From the IMG/VR virus record IMGVR_UViG_3300032219_000848, positions 1 to 64,000 of that record: DNA of 64,000 bases; one strand, given 5' to 3'. The stretch's first letter is position 1; each line of letters starts with the position of its first letter. The position numbers and the translations under genes were made by a program. The DNA is from a virus (taxonomy: Duplodnaviria; Caudoviricetes). This document shows positions 41,184 to 50,740 of this stretch, piece by piece. The notes below the pieces were generated by a model, which was not told where the DNA came from, made no database searches, and worked only from the letters and a program-made list of their open reading frames with translations.

Positions 41184-42431
41184 TTATGAAAACCAAGATG
41201 TTGGCGTTGATGATTTAGATTTCCCTATACCTTTAGAAGCTTGACGAGCAACCTCTCCAAACAACTCATTTGACTTCTTAGAGATTCCTGATTTTTGAAT
41301 TGTTGATAATGTAGGATCCTTTTCTAGGATTTTCAAAAGTAGTGCCACTTTTACCTTCATCTCATGATTCTCAGGACGCTTTAAGTCGAGAATGGTTCTA
41401 TCAAAATCTGTTAATGTTTCTCCAGATCCTGTTTTCCATTTCTCAGCCAAAAGGAAATCTTGTAGTTCACCAGCTAATTTTGGGTTAAGAGGAATGCCAT
41501 CAAACTCTTTAGTTTTTAGCTTCTCTTGTAAAACTGTTGTTACATTTTGTTGATACTGTTGTTTATAAGCAGCTTGACGTTGTAACTCTACAGTTCTGTC
41601 TTGTTCTAATTTTTGTAGCTTCGCAGCTTCTTTTTTAATTAGAACCTTATGATGTTTTCCAGCAACGCTTTCAAGATCACCATAATTTTGAAGTCTTTCA
41701 ACTTCTGTTGTTATATCTTCAGGATCAAAACCTTGATCAGCTAAAGCTTGTTTAAGTATTGCTATTTGATTTGATTCTTGAGATAAGTCCATCTCAGAGA
41801 AATTTTGAATAGCATCATATGTACCGAAATATTCTTTAGGATTTACACCCTTAACAAAGATAGCATCAAATGCACTTTGATAGTCTTCTCCAAATTGTCC
41901 AATGAAGTTTTGTACCACTTCAATTGCACCTTTTTTTTTCTCAACTTCAAAACGTTCTAAGAACTCTTCTGCAGAATTAACAGAAGTATCTTCTTCTCCA
42001 TCTTCTTTTGTAAAAACACCAAGTTTAAAAAGATCTCGTGATAGAGCAGTGAACTGATTACTTGCTGCATCATCATCTTCTTCTTCTTCTTCTTCTGGAG
42101 CATCTTCAGCTTTTTTAGCCTTAGGAGTTACAGCAGGAACATCATCTTCTTCCTCGTCATCATCATTTCCTAATAAGAAATCTTGAATTGATTTAGAAGC
42201 ATCTTCTTCTTTTTTATCATCAGCATCATCTTCTGTTTTAGTAGAAGGTGCTTTTTTAGTGGGAGCAACTGCTGCAGGTTGTGCATCAATCTTTTGTACA
42301 TCATCAGGATCAGCGGTAGAAGTATCAGGACTCATTAAGTCATTTAATAACTCTGCGTTTCCCATTCCCATTTCCATGGTGTTCTCAATGCTAAAATTCC
42401 CAAATCCTGGGTTTTCTAAATTATCGGCCAT
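41184..42431 (-). CDS. Putative capsid scaffolding protein
   Basis: 415 aa, highly acidic N-half and coiled-coil C-half, between portal and MCP. Confidence 0.65.
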   Translation of the reverse strand: MADNLENPGFGNFSIENTMEMGMGNAELLNDLMSPDTSTADPDDVQKIDAQPAAVAPTKKAPSTKTEDDADDKKEEDASKSIQDFLLGNDDDEEEDDVPAVTPKAKKAEDAPEEEEEEDDDAASNQFTALSRDLFKLGVFTKEDGEEDTSVNSAEEFLERFEVEKKKGAIEVVQNFIGQFGEDYQSAFDAIFVKGVNPKEYFGTYDAIQNFSEMDLSQESNQIAILKQALADQGFDPEDITTEVERLQNYGDLESVAGKHHKVLIKKEAAKLQKLEQDRTVELQRQAAYKQQYQQNVTTVLQEKLKTKEFDGIPLNPKLAGELQDFLLAEKWKTGSGETLTDFDRTILDLKRPENHEMKVKVALLLKILEKDPTLSTIQKSGISKKSNELFGEVARQASKGIGKSKSSTPTSWFS

Positions 42432-42463
42432 ACGTAGTTTAATTTTTAATTGGTTTTTCGATA

Positions 42464-42494
42464 TAAAAGTATATTACATTAATTTAATAACAAA
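42464..42494 (-). promoter_or_regulatory. Bacteroidetes-type promoter for scaffold/MCP
   Basis: TTTG (42494-42491)-N19-TACTTTTA (42471-42464). Confidence 0.55.
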
Positions 42495-42571
42495 GAGTAA
42501 ATCTGCTATGGAGCTGAATATTCTGCATAATATAGCATTAATGAAATTTACTCTAATCTAATTGATTAGAA

Positions 42572-45154
42572 TTACTTGGATTTAGAACCTCTATTACGTG
42601 CATTAATTTTTGCAATTTCTAAATCGTTTGCTTGATTTTTTAAATCTGTAGCAATCTTTTCACGCTCTATTTGCATTTTTTGAGCATCTGCTCTTGTTTT
42701 ATTAGCAATGTCTGCCATCTTAGTTTGATAATCTTTAGAAGCTTTAGATTGTTCACTTGCTAATTTATCTATTTCTAATACATCAGCAGTACCAGAAGTG
42801 TCTACATCTGTTAAAGGACCTGCTTTAGATTCAGCAGCAATCATTGCAATTTCAATCTTATTAATTCTATCTAACTCATTTTGATAATCATCATGAGCAA
42901 TTTTTTCAGCTTGCATCTGTTGAGCTTGTTGTATTTGAGCTTGAGCAATTTGTTGTTGTTGCTCTAGTTGCTGCTGTTGTTGTTGCATCTTCTGATCTTC
43001 AAGTTGTTCTTGACGCTCTTTAAGAGTCTTAAACACCTTCTTCATATCACGAATAGAGTTTGTGCTATATAATTCAATAATGTCATGTAATGAACCACCA
43101 TTTTGTAAAACAGCTTGAGATAATCCTCTAATCTCATTAAACATTTGTTTATCTTCTGGACGATTAGTTAAGAACACTTTAAGATCTCTAAACTTAAGAT
43201 CTGTTCCATTCACTTGTACAAATGCTGATTCTCCTTCAGATGTAATGTATGAAATAGTAGATTGTGGTTTAGCACTTTCTACATATAATGAAGCATCAAT
43301 GATTGCTTGGTACAACTGACCTAGTACATACTCGTGTGCTACGAATAATGGTTCTGTTTGCGAGTAAGATTGTGTGATGGCAGTGTTAGTACCTGTAGCA
43401 GTTTCAGAAGCTGAAACAGATCCCATACGCTGTCTAGACATACCAATAAGTTCCCAACATTCATTCTTTAACTGGATAGCTAAATTATAACGAGATTGGA
43501 TTTCTTGTGTACGTGTTAAATCAATATCACGGAATTGATTGAATGAACTTGGAGACTTTAAGTTCTCTGGACTATCATCAATAAACATAACACCTCTATT
43601 ACGTGCTTCCATCTCCCATATGTCAAGAGCATCTTGTGCATCTCCATCTTTAGGAATAGGAATGTGTCTGATAGATGTTAAATAAACCTTACCAACTTCT
43701 TTCTCTAATAATTTGTACAATTGATTCATACAAACATTATAAAGAACCTGGAATGGTTTCATTAAGTCTACTAAAGATTTAGCTTCCGTATTCTTAACCT
43801 CGTGCACTACACCAATGATTGGGCAGTAGTTTAATAACTTAAATGGTTTAATGTGATAAATATCTGGTCCAATCTTTATACCCTGATACCATTGATTGAT
43901 CCATCCCCACTCTAATGATTGTTCTGTAGGAATTGTACCTTTCTTATAATTCTCATCAACTAGCATTGACTGCTCATTACCCATTTCATCTGTGTAGATG
44001 AGTTTACCAATTTTCTTTTTAGAAATCCAATAACATCTTACAACAACATATTTATATCCGAATGAAGAAACATTATTTGTTAGTCCTAAAAAGTCTTTCA
44101 AACCATCATTGTTTTCTTTCATTTCTGATTCAATAATCATACGTGTTTGTAACACAGCAGGATCGTATGTATCATATTGTACAGAGTCTGTACCTGGAAT
44201 TGCATCTGGATTACCTAAGTTAGATTCACGAACATTAATCAAACCATAGTCTTGTAATGATGATCTTAAATGATCAATTTCTTCTTTTGTAATATCTGGA
44301 ATAGCTTCAATAATCTCAGACAATTCCATAACTTGTACAGTGCCTGCAGCATACGCGCCTTGTGCACGTCCTGTTGGATCTGAAATGTATTTACGATCTG
44401 GTGTAGATAGGAACCATGTATTCTTAGGATTGGCCACTTCTATATTATATCCCACCTTAGAGTTATCCTCATATATGTGATAATATTCACGTGCAGAAAT
44501 TAACATATCACGAAATGCATCTTCTGATTTTTCTTTAAGAACAAAATCTGCTTTCTGACATGTAAGTACATGGTTAGCCCATTTCTCTGCTATAGATGTA
44601 TAAGAGTCAAGTTCATCTTGAACTTCTTGCATTGTCATTTGTTGTAATTGCTCTTCCTCAATTTCTTCTCCTGCAATTGCTGCTTTTTCTAAAATCTTTT
44701 GTTTAGCTTGGTTCATTACAAACTCTTGTAAAATACCAGTTTTAAACTCTAGTTCTTCTGCTTTAGAATCATCATCAAATGCTTTAACACGGAAAGCATC
44801 AGGACGCTTAGAGATCTCGCCTACAAGCTCGTTTATTGGAGTTGTAATGATAGAATAATGTTTTACATATGCTGGTAAAGCTAGATCAGCTGTAAGCATA
44901 TCTGTAAAACTTCTCACTTCAGGTTCTTGATAAAAATCTTCTGGACGTAAAATGCCTTTTATTAAATCGTAATTCTTAACAAACGTATCACGATTTTTAA
45001 TATACTCCGAATAGGCTTTATTCGCAAAATAGTCCATTGTGTTTTTAATCCAACTTTCATCTTGCTTTTCCTTTTCAGTTTTGAATTGATCAGGGAAGAT
45101 GTTTAGATATGCATACCTAATTGTTGCATCTTTTGTATATCTAATAATTGCCAT
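42572..45154 (-). CDS. Portal protein
   Basis: 860 aa immediately after terL; SLVDLMKPFQ.LYN, IGMSRQRMG and a Q-rich C-terminal coiled coil. Confidence 0.85.
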   Translation of the reverse strand: MAIIRYTKDATIRYAYLNIFPDQFKTEKEKQDESWIKNTMDYFANKAYSEYIKNRDTFVKNYDLIKGILRPEDFYQEPEVRSFTDMLTADLALPAYVKHYSIITTPINELVGEISKRPDAFRVKAFDDDSKAEELEFKTGILQEFVMNQAKQKILEKAAIAGEEIEEEQLQQMTMQEVQDELDSYTSIAEKWANHVLTCQKADFVLKEKSEDAFRDMLISAREYYHIYEDNSKVGYNIEVANPKNTWFLSTPDRKYISDPTGRAQGAYAAGTVQVMELSEIIEAIPDITKEEIDHLRSSLQDYGLINVRESNLGNPDAIPGTDSVQYDTYDPAVLQTRMIIESEMKENNDGLKDFLGLTNNVSSFGYKYVVVRCYWISKKKIGKLIYTDEMGNEQSMLVDENYKKGTIPTEQSLEWGWINQWYQGIKIGPDIYHIKPFKLLNYCPIIGVVHEVKNTEAKSLVDLMKPFQVLYNVCMNQLYKLLEKEVGKVYLTSIRHIPIPKDGDAQDALDIWEMEARNRGVMFIDDSPENLKSPSSFNQFRDIDLTRTQEIQSRYNLAIQLKNECWELIGMSRQRMGSVSASETATGTNTAITQSYSQTEPLFVAHEYVLGQLYQAIIDASLYVESAKPQSTISYITSEGESAFVQVNGTDLKFRDLKVFLTNRPEDKQMFNEIRGLSQAVLQNGGSLHDIIELYSTNSIRDMKKVFKTLKERQEQLEDQKMQQQQQQLEQQQQIAQAQIQQAQQMQAEKIAHDDYQNELDRINKIEIAMIAAESKAGPLTDVDTSGTADVLEIDKLASEQSKASKDYQTKMADIANKTRADAQKMQIEREKIATDLKNQANDLEIAKINARNRGSKSK

Positions 45155-47178
45155 TATGTAAACAGTTTATGTTTTTTTGTTTCTGAAAATAGACCATTAC
45201 TACTTCCAAATAATTTATTATTTTTCTTCTTAGCGTACATAGCTTGTACTCTAACATCACCACCTGCACCAATTCTACCCATTATAGGATCAAGTTTCAT
45301 AGCCATAGCCACTGCAAGTTCTGCTGCAATAATACGGTCAAAGTTACCTTCTTCATTATACTGAATCATTTCTTCTAATAATACAGGATCAAAAATTTTA
45401 ACCATACCCTTCACTTCAGATTTAATCTCTCCCTCTTCATTTTTTTCTGAGATGATAACTTCTTCTGTATATTTTTTAAGACATCCATGTAAGAAATCTC
45501 TAATCTTTTCAGAAGATCTATGTATTCCATATTCACGTCTCACTGTTGTATTAGGTACAACTTCTTTCAACCACTCTGGTTGCTTTTCTAAATAATGAGC
45601 ATCGTTCTTAGAAATCATATAATCAATGAAAGACATCTCATCATTCTCGACAAGAGCTCTTGCATTATAGTATTTAATGAGGAGACGAGCTTGCTCATCC
45701 CATGTTTCCTTTTTGTCTGGACGTGCACAATAGGATGCAACGAACATATCTTGATACTTTTCATTTGTAATTGAGTGCATACGTTTATATATGTATACAG
45801 ATCCTAACGATGTTGAATATGCAGCTTTACCTTGACGGTACGGATCGACTCCTGCTACATATAGTCCGTAAGGTGGGGATTCTATAGGAAACTCATACAC
45901 TATTACAGGAGCATCCTTCATGTCTGAGTTTTTAAGAGGGAAGTTGGAGATGGGTAGCTTGTCTGTGAATTCATGCTTAACACCTTCTCCATCATCATAT
46001 AGCACAACTGGTGTACCTGTTCGCTCTTGAGATAAGAGTCTGGCCTTTTGTCGTTTTGCTCCCTCTATATCAAAGATGTTACTGTCCTCATTTAAGAATA
46101 TATCATCCACCTCTTGTGGATAGTACATCTTCTCTTTTAAATAAGCAATTCTATCTCCTGCTTTCTTGAGTCTTTCTAAATTTTCGTTGGTTATTTTTGT
46201 AGCTACTTCTTCATCAGAAACTAACATTTTCACATTATGTAAATCATCACCTTTAGGTAGGTCTAAATACGCTCCTAATGTAGAGTCGTATTTAGCTTCC
46301 ATTCTAAACTTATGTGAAATGAATAACCCGTGTATACGAGATTCATCTTTGGCATTATTGTATTCTAAGAAATTGTAGTTACCTACATCAAACATCAAGG
46401 ACTTAGCGTCCATGAATTTCTTCATATCCCCACCTGTTCCCGTAAGAATTGGTGCACAACCCCAGCCAAAGGGTGTTGTGAAACCTGGAACAGCCGCTTG
46501 AAAACCTCGTAGGAAACTTCCTTTACCAATTTCATCTATAATTAATCTTCTAGGCTTTGTACCTGCAATAGCCTCTTCGTTATTACCTTCGTCAAGGTTA
46601 CGTATTAATATTTGTGAAAAGGGGATACGTTGTCCTCCTCTTGTTTTTACACCTAGCGTTACTTGATTCTTCCAATTATCCTCAACTCTTTGCCACTGCC
46701 ATGCAGCAGGAAGATGATTAAGTCCTTTGTCAATCTTGTCTGTAATTAGCTTTATATCAGCTGCATTTAGTCCAGCTATAATGTTCTGTGAGTTCTCATC
46801 AAAGGTTGCTCCATGTGACACATATGATGCCTCAATCACACTCTTAGCAAAACGTCTGATTCCTAAAATAACTAAACCTTTACGTTCTTTTTGAGCTCTA
46901 TCAATTTCTGTTGATACCACCCACTCATTATCTCTTAAAGAAGGGTTAGCATATTTCTGTGCTATTCTACCATATTCATCTATAACATCCACCTCTGTAT
47001 GCCATGCATTTAGATGCCAATATAGAAAAGGATTAATATATACATCTCCCATCATTGCACCATTCTTACACAGCTCCTCATGAAATGCAAAAAAAGAATC
47101 ATACTCCTCAGATTCTTTATCTGGAAGACGCTTCTGGTTCATTAACCAATCCTTATAATCTATTTTAAGAAGTTCCAC
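45154..47178 (-). CDS. terL: Terminase large subunit
   Basis: 674 aa; RRFAKS (Walker A variant), LIIDEIG (Walker B), TGTGG, YVAGVDPY nuclease motif and NFDRI. Confidence 0.92.
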   Translation of the reverse strand: MELLKIDYKDWLMNQKRLPDKESEEYDSFFAFHEELCKNGAMMGDVYINPFLYWHLNAWHTEVDVIDEYGRIAQKYANPSLRDNEWVVSTEIDRAQKERKGLVILGIRRFAKSVIEASYVSHGATFDENSQNIIAGLNAADIKLITDKIDKGLNHLPAAWQWQRVEDNWKNQVTLGVKTRGGQRIPFSQILIRNLDEGNNEEAIAGTKPRRLIIDEIGKGSFLRGFQAAVPGFTTPFGWGCAPILTGTGGDMKKFMDAKSLMFDVGNYNFLEYNNAKDESRIHGLFISHKFRMEAKYDSTLGAYLDLPKGDDLHNVKMLVSDEEVATKITNENLERLKKAGDRIAYLKEKMYYPQEVDDIFLNEDSNIFDIEGAKRQKARLLSQERTGTPVVLYDDGEGVKHEFTDKLPISNFPLKNSDMKDAPVIVYEFPIESPPYGLYVAGVDPYRQGKAAYSTSLGSVYIYKRMHSITNEKYQDMFVASYCARPDKKETWDEQARLLIKYYNARALVENDEMSFIDYMISKNDAHYLEKQPEWLKEVVPNTTVRREYGIHRSSEKIRDFLHGCLKKYTEEVIISEKNEEGEIKSEVKGMVKIFDPVLLEEMIQYNEEGNFDRIIAAELAVAMAMKLDPIMGRIGAGGDVRVQAMYAKKKNNKLFGSSNGLFSETKKHKLFT

Positions 47179-47503
47179 TACGTTCTTTTAAAAACTTATC
47201 AGCTTTAGATCCTAATGCTGATCCCCCTCTTACTTCAACCTTAGCTTCTTCTTTCTCTCTAAGTTTATCTACCACTTCGAGGAGAGCTAAATAGTTCTTC
47301 ATGGTCTCTTGTATAAACTTACCTTGAGCTTCTATAGATGCAATCACCATAGGTAACATACCTCCTTTAGAAGTTGGTTTCCACTCAATCCTATCTACAA
47401 GTGTGTGCATAGGATGAGCATCAACATATTGTCTCCAAGATTTGAGTTGTTCCTCAGCCCATTCAAGCTCAGTGTTAATATATGTAGTTTTCTTTAGTGC
47501 CAT
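47165..47503 (-). CDS. Hypothetical protein (terminase small subunit candidate)
   Basis: 112 aa, helical, overlaps the terL start; C-terminal VRG motif. Confidence 0.45.
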   Translation of the reverse strand: MALKKTTYINTELEWAEEQLKSWRQYVDAHPMHTLVDRIEWKPTSKGGMLPMVIASIEAQGKFIQETMKNYLALLEVVDKLREKEEAKVEVRGGSALGSKADKFLKERSGTS

Positions 47504-47508
47504 ATAGT

Positions 47509-47784
47509 TTAGTCGTTATCCTCGTCATCATCTAGAATTGTATCTAGATTCATTCCTTCTCTTATAATCTTATCTATTTCTGAACCATCTAAATGAGGAA
47601 TATCTTGCATCAATTCTGCTTTGTATTTTGACAGAGCGTAAACCATTTCCCTATCTGTCATTCCCCATATGTCTTTGTATTCATATAGAGCTGTTGATAA
47701 ATGTCTTCCTAAATTATATGTAGGAAATGCTTTTTGTAAATCTTCTAAAATCTTTAAAGCTTGTTGATAGGGGGTTAAGTTCAT
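47509..47784 (-). CDS. Hypothetical protein
   Basis: 91-aa ORF in the operon. Confidence 0.6.
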   Translation of the reverse strand: MNLTPYQQALKILEDLQKAFPTYNLGRHLSTALYEYKDIWGMTDREMVYALSKYKAELMQDIPHLDGSEIDKIIREGMNLDTILDDDEDND

Positions 47785-47793
47785 AGGGGGGAT

Positions 47794-48063
47794 TTAAATT
47801 AAATCATTGATGTCATCCTCAGAGAATTTTGAATCCTCCTCGTTAAAATCAATATCTTCAATGCTGTCCTGAATTAATTCAAAATCATCAGACTCTTGCA
47901 TTTCTTTACACATATATTCTTTTGTAAAAATGACAGAAAGTTTTCCTTCTTCTTCATCTGTGTTAACTAAGTCAACATAGTCTATTCCTTTATTATATAA
48001 GTCTACAAAAACATCTATAATTTCATCTAAAGAAATCTTTTTTATTAACACTTTCTTAGCCAT
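47794..48063 (-). CDS. Hypothetical acidic protein
   Basis: 89-aa ORF in the operon. Confidence 0.6.
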   Translation of the reverse strand: MAKKVLIKKISLDEIIDVFVDLYNKGIDYVDLVNTDEEEGKLSVIFTKEYMCKEMQESDDFELIQDSIEDIDFNEEDSKFSEDDINDLI

Positions 48064-48355
48064 TGTTTACGTCTTTTTTTAATTGATCTTCTTCTTCTGG
48101 GTTTGACATTACAGCTTCCCATTTATCTTTTGGACATGAGCACGATAAACATGCTGTCTTTGCTTCTAAATTACAACCACAATCTGTACAGTGATTATCT
48201 GGTCTTAATGGTGTCTTATGAAACTTAGAATGAAAAGGGCATACACTACATATTGCTAAACGTTCTTGTGATACATCATGTATCAATGTTTTCATTTTTG
48301 TAGGAGGAACTAACTTATTGCGCCATCCCTCGTACACTTGGCTAAAGTTAATCAT
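48056..48355 (-). CDS. Cys-rich Zn-finger-like protein
   Basis: RLAICSVC...CTDCGC.L.AK..C...CP..KW. Confidence 0.65.
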   Translation of the reverse strand: MINFSQVYEGWRNKLVPPTKMKTLIHDVSQERLAICSVCPFHSKFHKTPLRPDNHCTDCGCNLEAKTACLSCSCPKDKWEAVMSNPEEEDQLKKDVNNG

Positions 48356-48704
48356 TGGTTGGTTTTATTTTTGGTTTTAATATTCTTATTTGTATTGTCA
48401 ATATATCTATAGCATCCTGTATCTTTTTTACATCTACAGTTGTATTTAGTTCTAATTGTTTTTGGGCTTTTTCTAATTTAGCTTCTAATGCTGCTAATTT
48501 CTTTATTGCCTTCTTATTATTAAATATAATACGTCCAAATCCAGAAAATTCTAAAGAATGATTTGTGTCCATTGCCTCATTAGCTGATTGAAACTGATGA
48601 TTAACTACAGTTTCTATAATCTTCTCTGAGACAGCAAGCTTTATAGACAATGCCCTAACAAGGTATTCCTTATGGGACATACTCTTTGGCTTATTATACT
48701 CCAT
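48348..48704 (-). CDS. IHF/HU-like DNA-binding protein
   Basis: Helix-helix followed by SLEFSGFGRIIF, an HU-like signature. Confidence 0.55.
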   Translation of the reverse strand: MEYNKPKSMSHKEYLVRALSIKLAVSEKIIETVVNHQFQSANEAMDTNHSLEFSGFGRIIFNNKKAIKKLAALEAKLEKAQKQLELNTTVDVKKIQDAIDILTIQIRILKPKIKPTND

Positions 48705-49056
48705 GCTCTAACTTTATCTCTAATGTAATGTTCTCTGAGAATGGTAGAATAATAACAGGATTAACTTTAATCTTTGTCCCATCCTTAACTAATACACCAA
48801 CCTTCTTAAGCTTTGATATAATGTTGTTGATTGTAGGAGATGTAGAATTATACTTATCACAAAACTCTTCCCTTATACTACTATAAGAAATATTACCATG
48901 TATAGCTGTAAATGCTACTAATTGTATTTCTCTTGTTGTAAGGTTTAGACTATTAACTGTAGATAATAAACTATAATACTTTTCAGCTATAGCATAATTA
49001 TCATCTACACTCCTTTTTAACTTTTGTACAATTACCTTTTTCTTAATCTCTTCCAT
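48694..49056 (-). CDS. Winged-HTH DNA-binding protein (RepL-like)
   Basis: LTTREIQL...TSPTINNIISKLKKVGVLVK...IKVNP. Confidence 0.6.
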   Translation of the reverse strand: MEEIKKKVIVQKLKRSVDDNYAIAEKYYSLLSTVNSLNLTTREIQLVAFTAIHGNISYSSIREEFCDKYNSTSPTINNIISKLKKVGVLVKDGTKIKVNPVIILPFSENITLEIKLEHGV

Positions 49057-49092
49057 ATGTAGTTGGCATTCTATAGAATTATAGACGCTATA

Positions 49093-49242
49093 TTAAGAAT
49101 TATATTTGGTAAATACAAATGAAAGAGAAAATATTATTAGAGAAATCTCTATAGTGTACATATCATACCATCTAATTTCTTTCACTCTAAACGATGCACC
49201 TATTCCAAAGTCTGTCAATGTATTCACTTTAAAATATATCAT
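49093..49242 (-). CDS. Small protein (49 aa) with hydrophobic C-terminal segment; first gene of the late block
   Basis: MIYFKVNTLTDFGIGASFRVKEIRWYDMYTIEISLIIFSLSFVFTKYNS*; lies just downstream of the promoter at 49283. Confidence 0.5.
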   Translation of the reverse strand: MIYFKVNTLTDFGIGASFRVKEIRWYDMYTIEISLIIFSLSFVFTKYNS

Positions 49243-49274
49243 ATATAAAAAGTTTTTATTTACTAGCCCCCCTT

Positions 49275-49439
49275 TATCCCCCCAAAGGTAATAGAACTTT
49301 TTGAATATGCAAAATTTTTGTTCGGGGTGAAAATTTAAAATTTTTTTACATCCCCCCTAGGCATTATGTTCATGAGAGAGGAGTCCACTTCAGATGATAT
49401 CCCCTTAGGGTAATTAGGAGGGTGACGTTATCCCCCTGA
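49275..49439. repeat. Four ATCCCC(C/T) motifs in the strand-switch region
   Basis: ATCCCC starts at 49276, 49350, 49399 and 49430 in otherwise AT-rich DNA. Confidence 0.6.
49283..49313 (-). promoter_or_regulatory. Consensus Bacteroidetes promoter heading the late block
   Basis: TTTG (49313-49310)-N19-TACCTTTG (49290-49283). Confidence 0.75.
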
Positions 49440-49442
49440 TAT

Positions 49443-49465
49443 CGTTGGCAGACGTATAACTGTCA
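49443..49465 (+). promoter_or_regulatory. Two-stem/pseudoknot element copy 1
   Basis: cgt-tggcag-acg-tataa-ctgtca; ends 10 nt before the ATG at 49476. Confidence 0.5.
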
Positions 49466-49475
49466 TATTACCCAT

Positions 49476-49676
49476 ATGAAAAATTATCAAAAAGTACAAA
49501 GAGTGTTCCAAGTATTTCTACTAGTCATCTCACTCTTAGCATTAGCACAGATTTGTTATTTAGTCACAACTAGAGACTATAGTAACAATGATCTGATTCT
49601 CATTGGCATCTTCTGCATGCCAATGATTATGTCAGTGTTCCTTGCAATTGATTTACTAAAACAAAAACTAAACTAA
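49476..49676 (+). CDS. Small two-TM membrane protein (first early gene)
   Basis: 66 aa with two hydrophobic helices. Confidence 0.65.
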   Translation: MKNYQKVQRVFQVFLLVISLLALAQICYLVTTRDYSNNDLILIGIFCMPMIMSVFLAIDLLKQKLN

Positions 49677-49684
49677 CAACTAAA

Positions 49685-49712
49685 CCCTTGGCTGGGGGGC
49701 AATACTCAGCCA
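49685..49712 (+). promoter_or_regulatory. Two-stem/pseudoknot element copy 2
   Basis: ccc-t-tggctg-gg-ggg-caatact-cagcca; ends 8 nt before the ATG at 49721. Confidence 0.5.
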
Positions 49713-49720
49713 CAATTATT

Positions 49721-50062
49721 ATGTTATTCCCAATCTTAGTAACAAAAGTGGTAGCAAGACATACTTACTATCTTGGCCATTCACACACAGACTTAGGATA
49801 CTACAGAGTGGTCATTGATAATGATGTGATGCTTAATGACTTTGGACATTCAAGAGATTATCCATTGTTCGATCGTGATTGTGCTGACATCAAGCCATTC
49901 GTAGCACTATGTAAGCTTGATAAGTATGAGCGATGGTCAGTGAAGAGAGTAGATCATGACTATCGTAAGTTCACAGAACATCACCAAGTATGGAAAGATT
50001 CGTTCAGCAGATCCAACACCTTTAGTATTACAGTTAAATCAATCAATTCACAATTAAATTAA
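49721..50062 (+). CDS. Hypothetical early protein
   Basis: In-frame ATG at 49721 preferred over the TTG at 49688. Confidence 0.55.
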   Translation: MLFPILVTKVVARHTYYLGHSHTDLGYYRVVIDNDVMLNDFGHSRDYPLFDRDCADIKPFVALCKLDKYERWSVKRVDHDYRKFTEHHQVWKDSFSRSNTFSITVKSINSQLN

Positions 50063-50068
50063 ATTAAA

Positions 50069-50332
50069 ATGAAAAATCAATTCGAGTACCAATCAATCTA
50101 TTTTACAGATGAATACATGATGGAAGCAGATTATGACATGGCATTAATGATGAAAGATGACTGCATCAAACAGTTAATGGCATTGCGAACATTGCTACCA
50201 TTAATGTTACCTGATGAAACATTGCACTTCAGAGAGCGAGTTAGAAATAATCTAAAAGCTGCACAAGCTGACATTGATCATTATGAATCAGTTCATGGCA
50301 AGCCAAAAGGTTCATTAGAATCAACCATTTAA
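50069..50332 (+). CDS. Hypothetical early protein
   Basis: 87 aa with an A-rich leader. Confidence 0.6.
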   Translation: MKNQFEYQSIYFTDEYMMEADYDMALMMKDDCIKQLMALRTLLPLMLPDETLHFRERVRNNLKAAQADIDHYESVHGKPKGSLESTI

Positions 50333-50347
50333 TCAATTCACAACTAT

Positions 50348-50372
50348 TCCTAGCGTGAGGGCTAAATCACGC
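50348..50372 (+). promoter_or_regulatory. Two-stem/pseudoknot element copy 3
   Basis: tcc-ta-gcgtga-ggg-ctaaa-tcacgc; ends 11 nt before the ATG at 50384. Confidence 0.5.
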
Positions 50373-50383
50373 ATATTAAACAC

Positions 50384-50722
50384 ATGTACTTAATAACAAT
50401 CTATTACGGATCCTTTGAAAATTACGGATCATCTGAACATCCTGAAGTATTGTTCACTGCTTATGATAAAGATCATAAAAAGGTAATCATTAACACAGAG
50501 TTATTACCTAAAGAATTACTGACTGAGGATCAAAGCGTTCGCATGCCATTCCATTGTTACACATCATGTAGAAAGAGGAATGATAAATGGGAAAGAATTG
50601 CAGACAGATGCTTTAGTAATTACGAAGATGCATTTGAATACGCAAACATGATTATTGAAGGTCTTGAATACGAACTTCATGAACTTACAGGAATAGTTCA
50701 GCAGAATAAATCTTTAAATTAA
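50384..50722 (+). CDS. Hypothetical early protein
   Basis: 112-aa ORF. Confidence 0.6.
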   Translation: MYLITIYYGSFENYGSSEHPEVLFTAYDKDHKKVIINTELLPKELLTEDQSVRMPFHCYTSCRKRNDKWERIADRCFSNYEDAFEYANMIIEGLEYELHELTGIVQQNKSLN

Positions 50723-50740
50723 TTAATCAATTCACAACCA

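Noticed and set aside
39594-47178. Introns or inteins in terL, portal, MCP or vRNAP
   Set aside because: The genes are uninterrupted and I saw no intein or homing-endonuclease motifs by eye.
1669-49056. Stop-codon reassignment (TAG/TGA), as seen in some crAss-like phages
   Set aside because: Very long ORFs are intact and tightly packed in the standard code, TAG and TGA end genes at sensible positions, and no suppressor tRNA is seen.
2258-49291. Numerous short plus-strand or off-frame ORFs inside the long minus-strand genes (e.g. 24107-24499, 42259-42561, 49106-49291)
   Set aside because: They are nested in or antisense to well-supported genes, often have non-ATG starts, and show no motifs.
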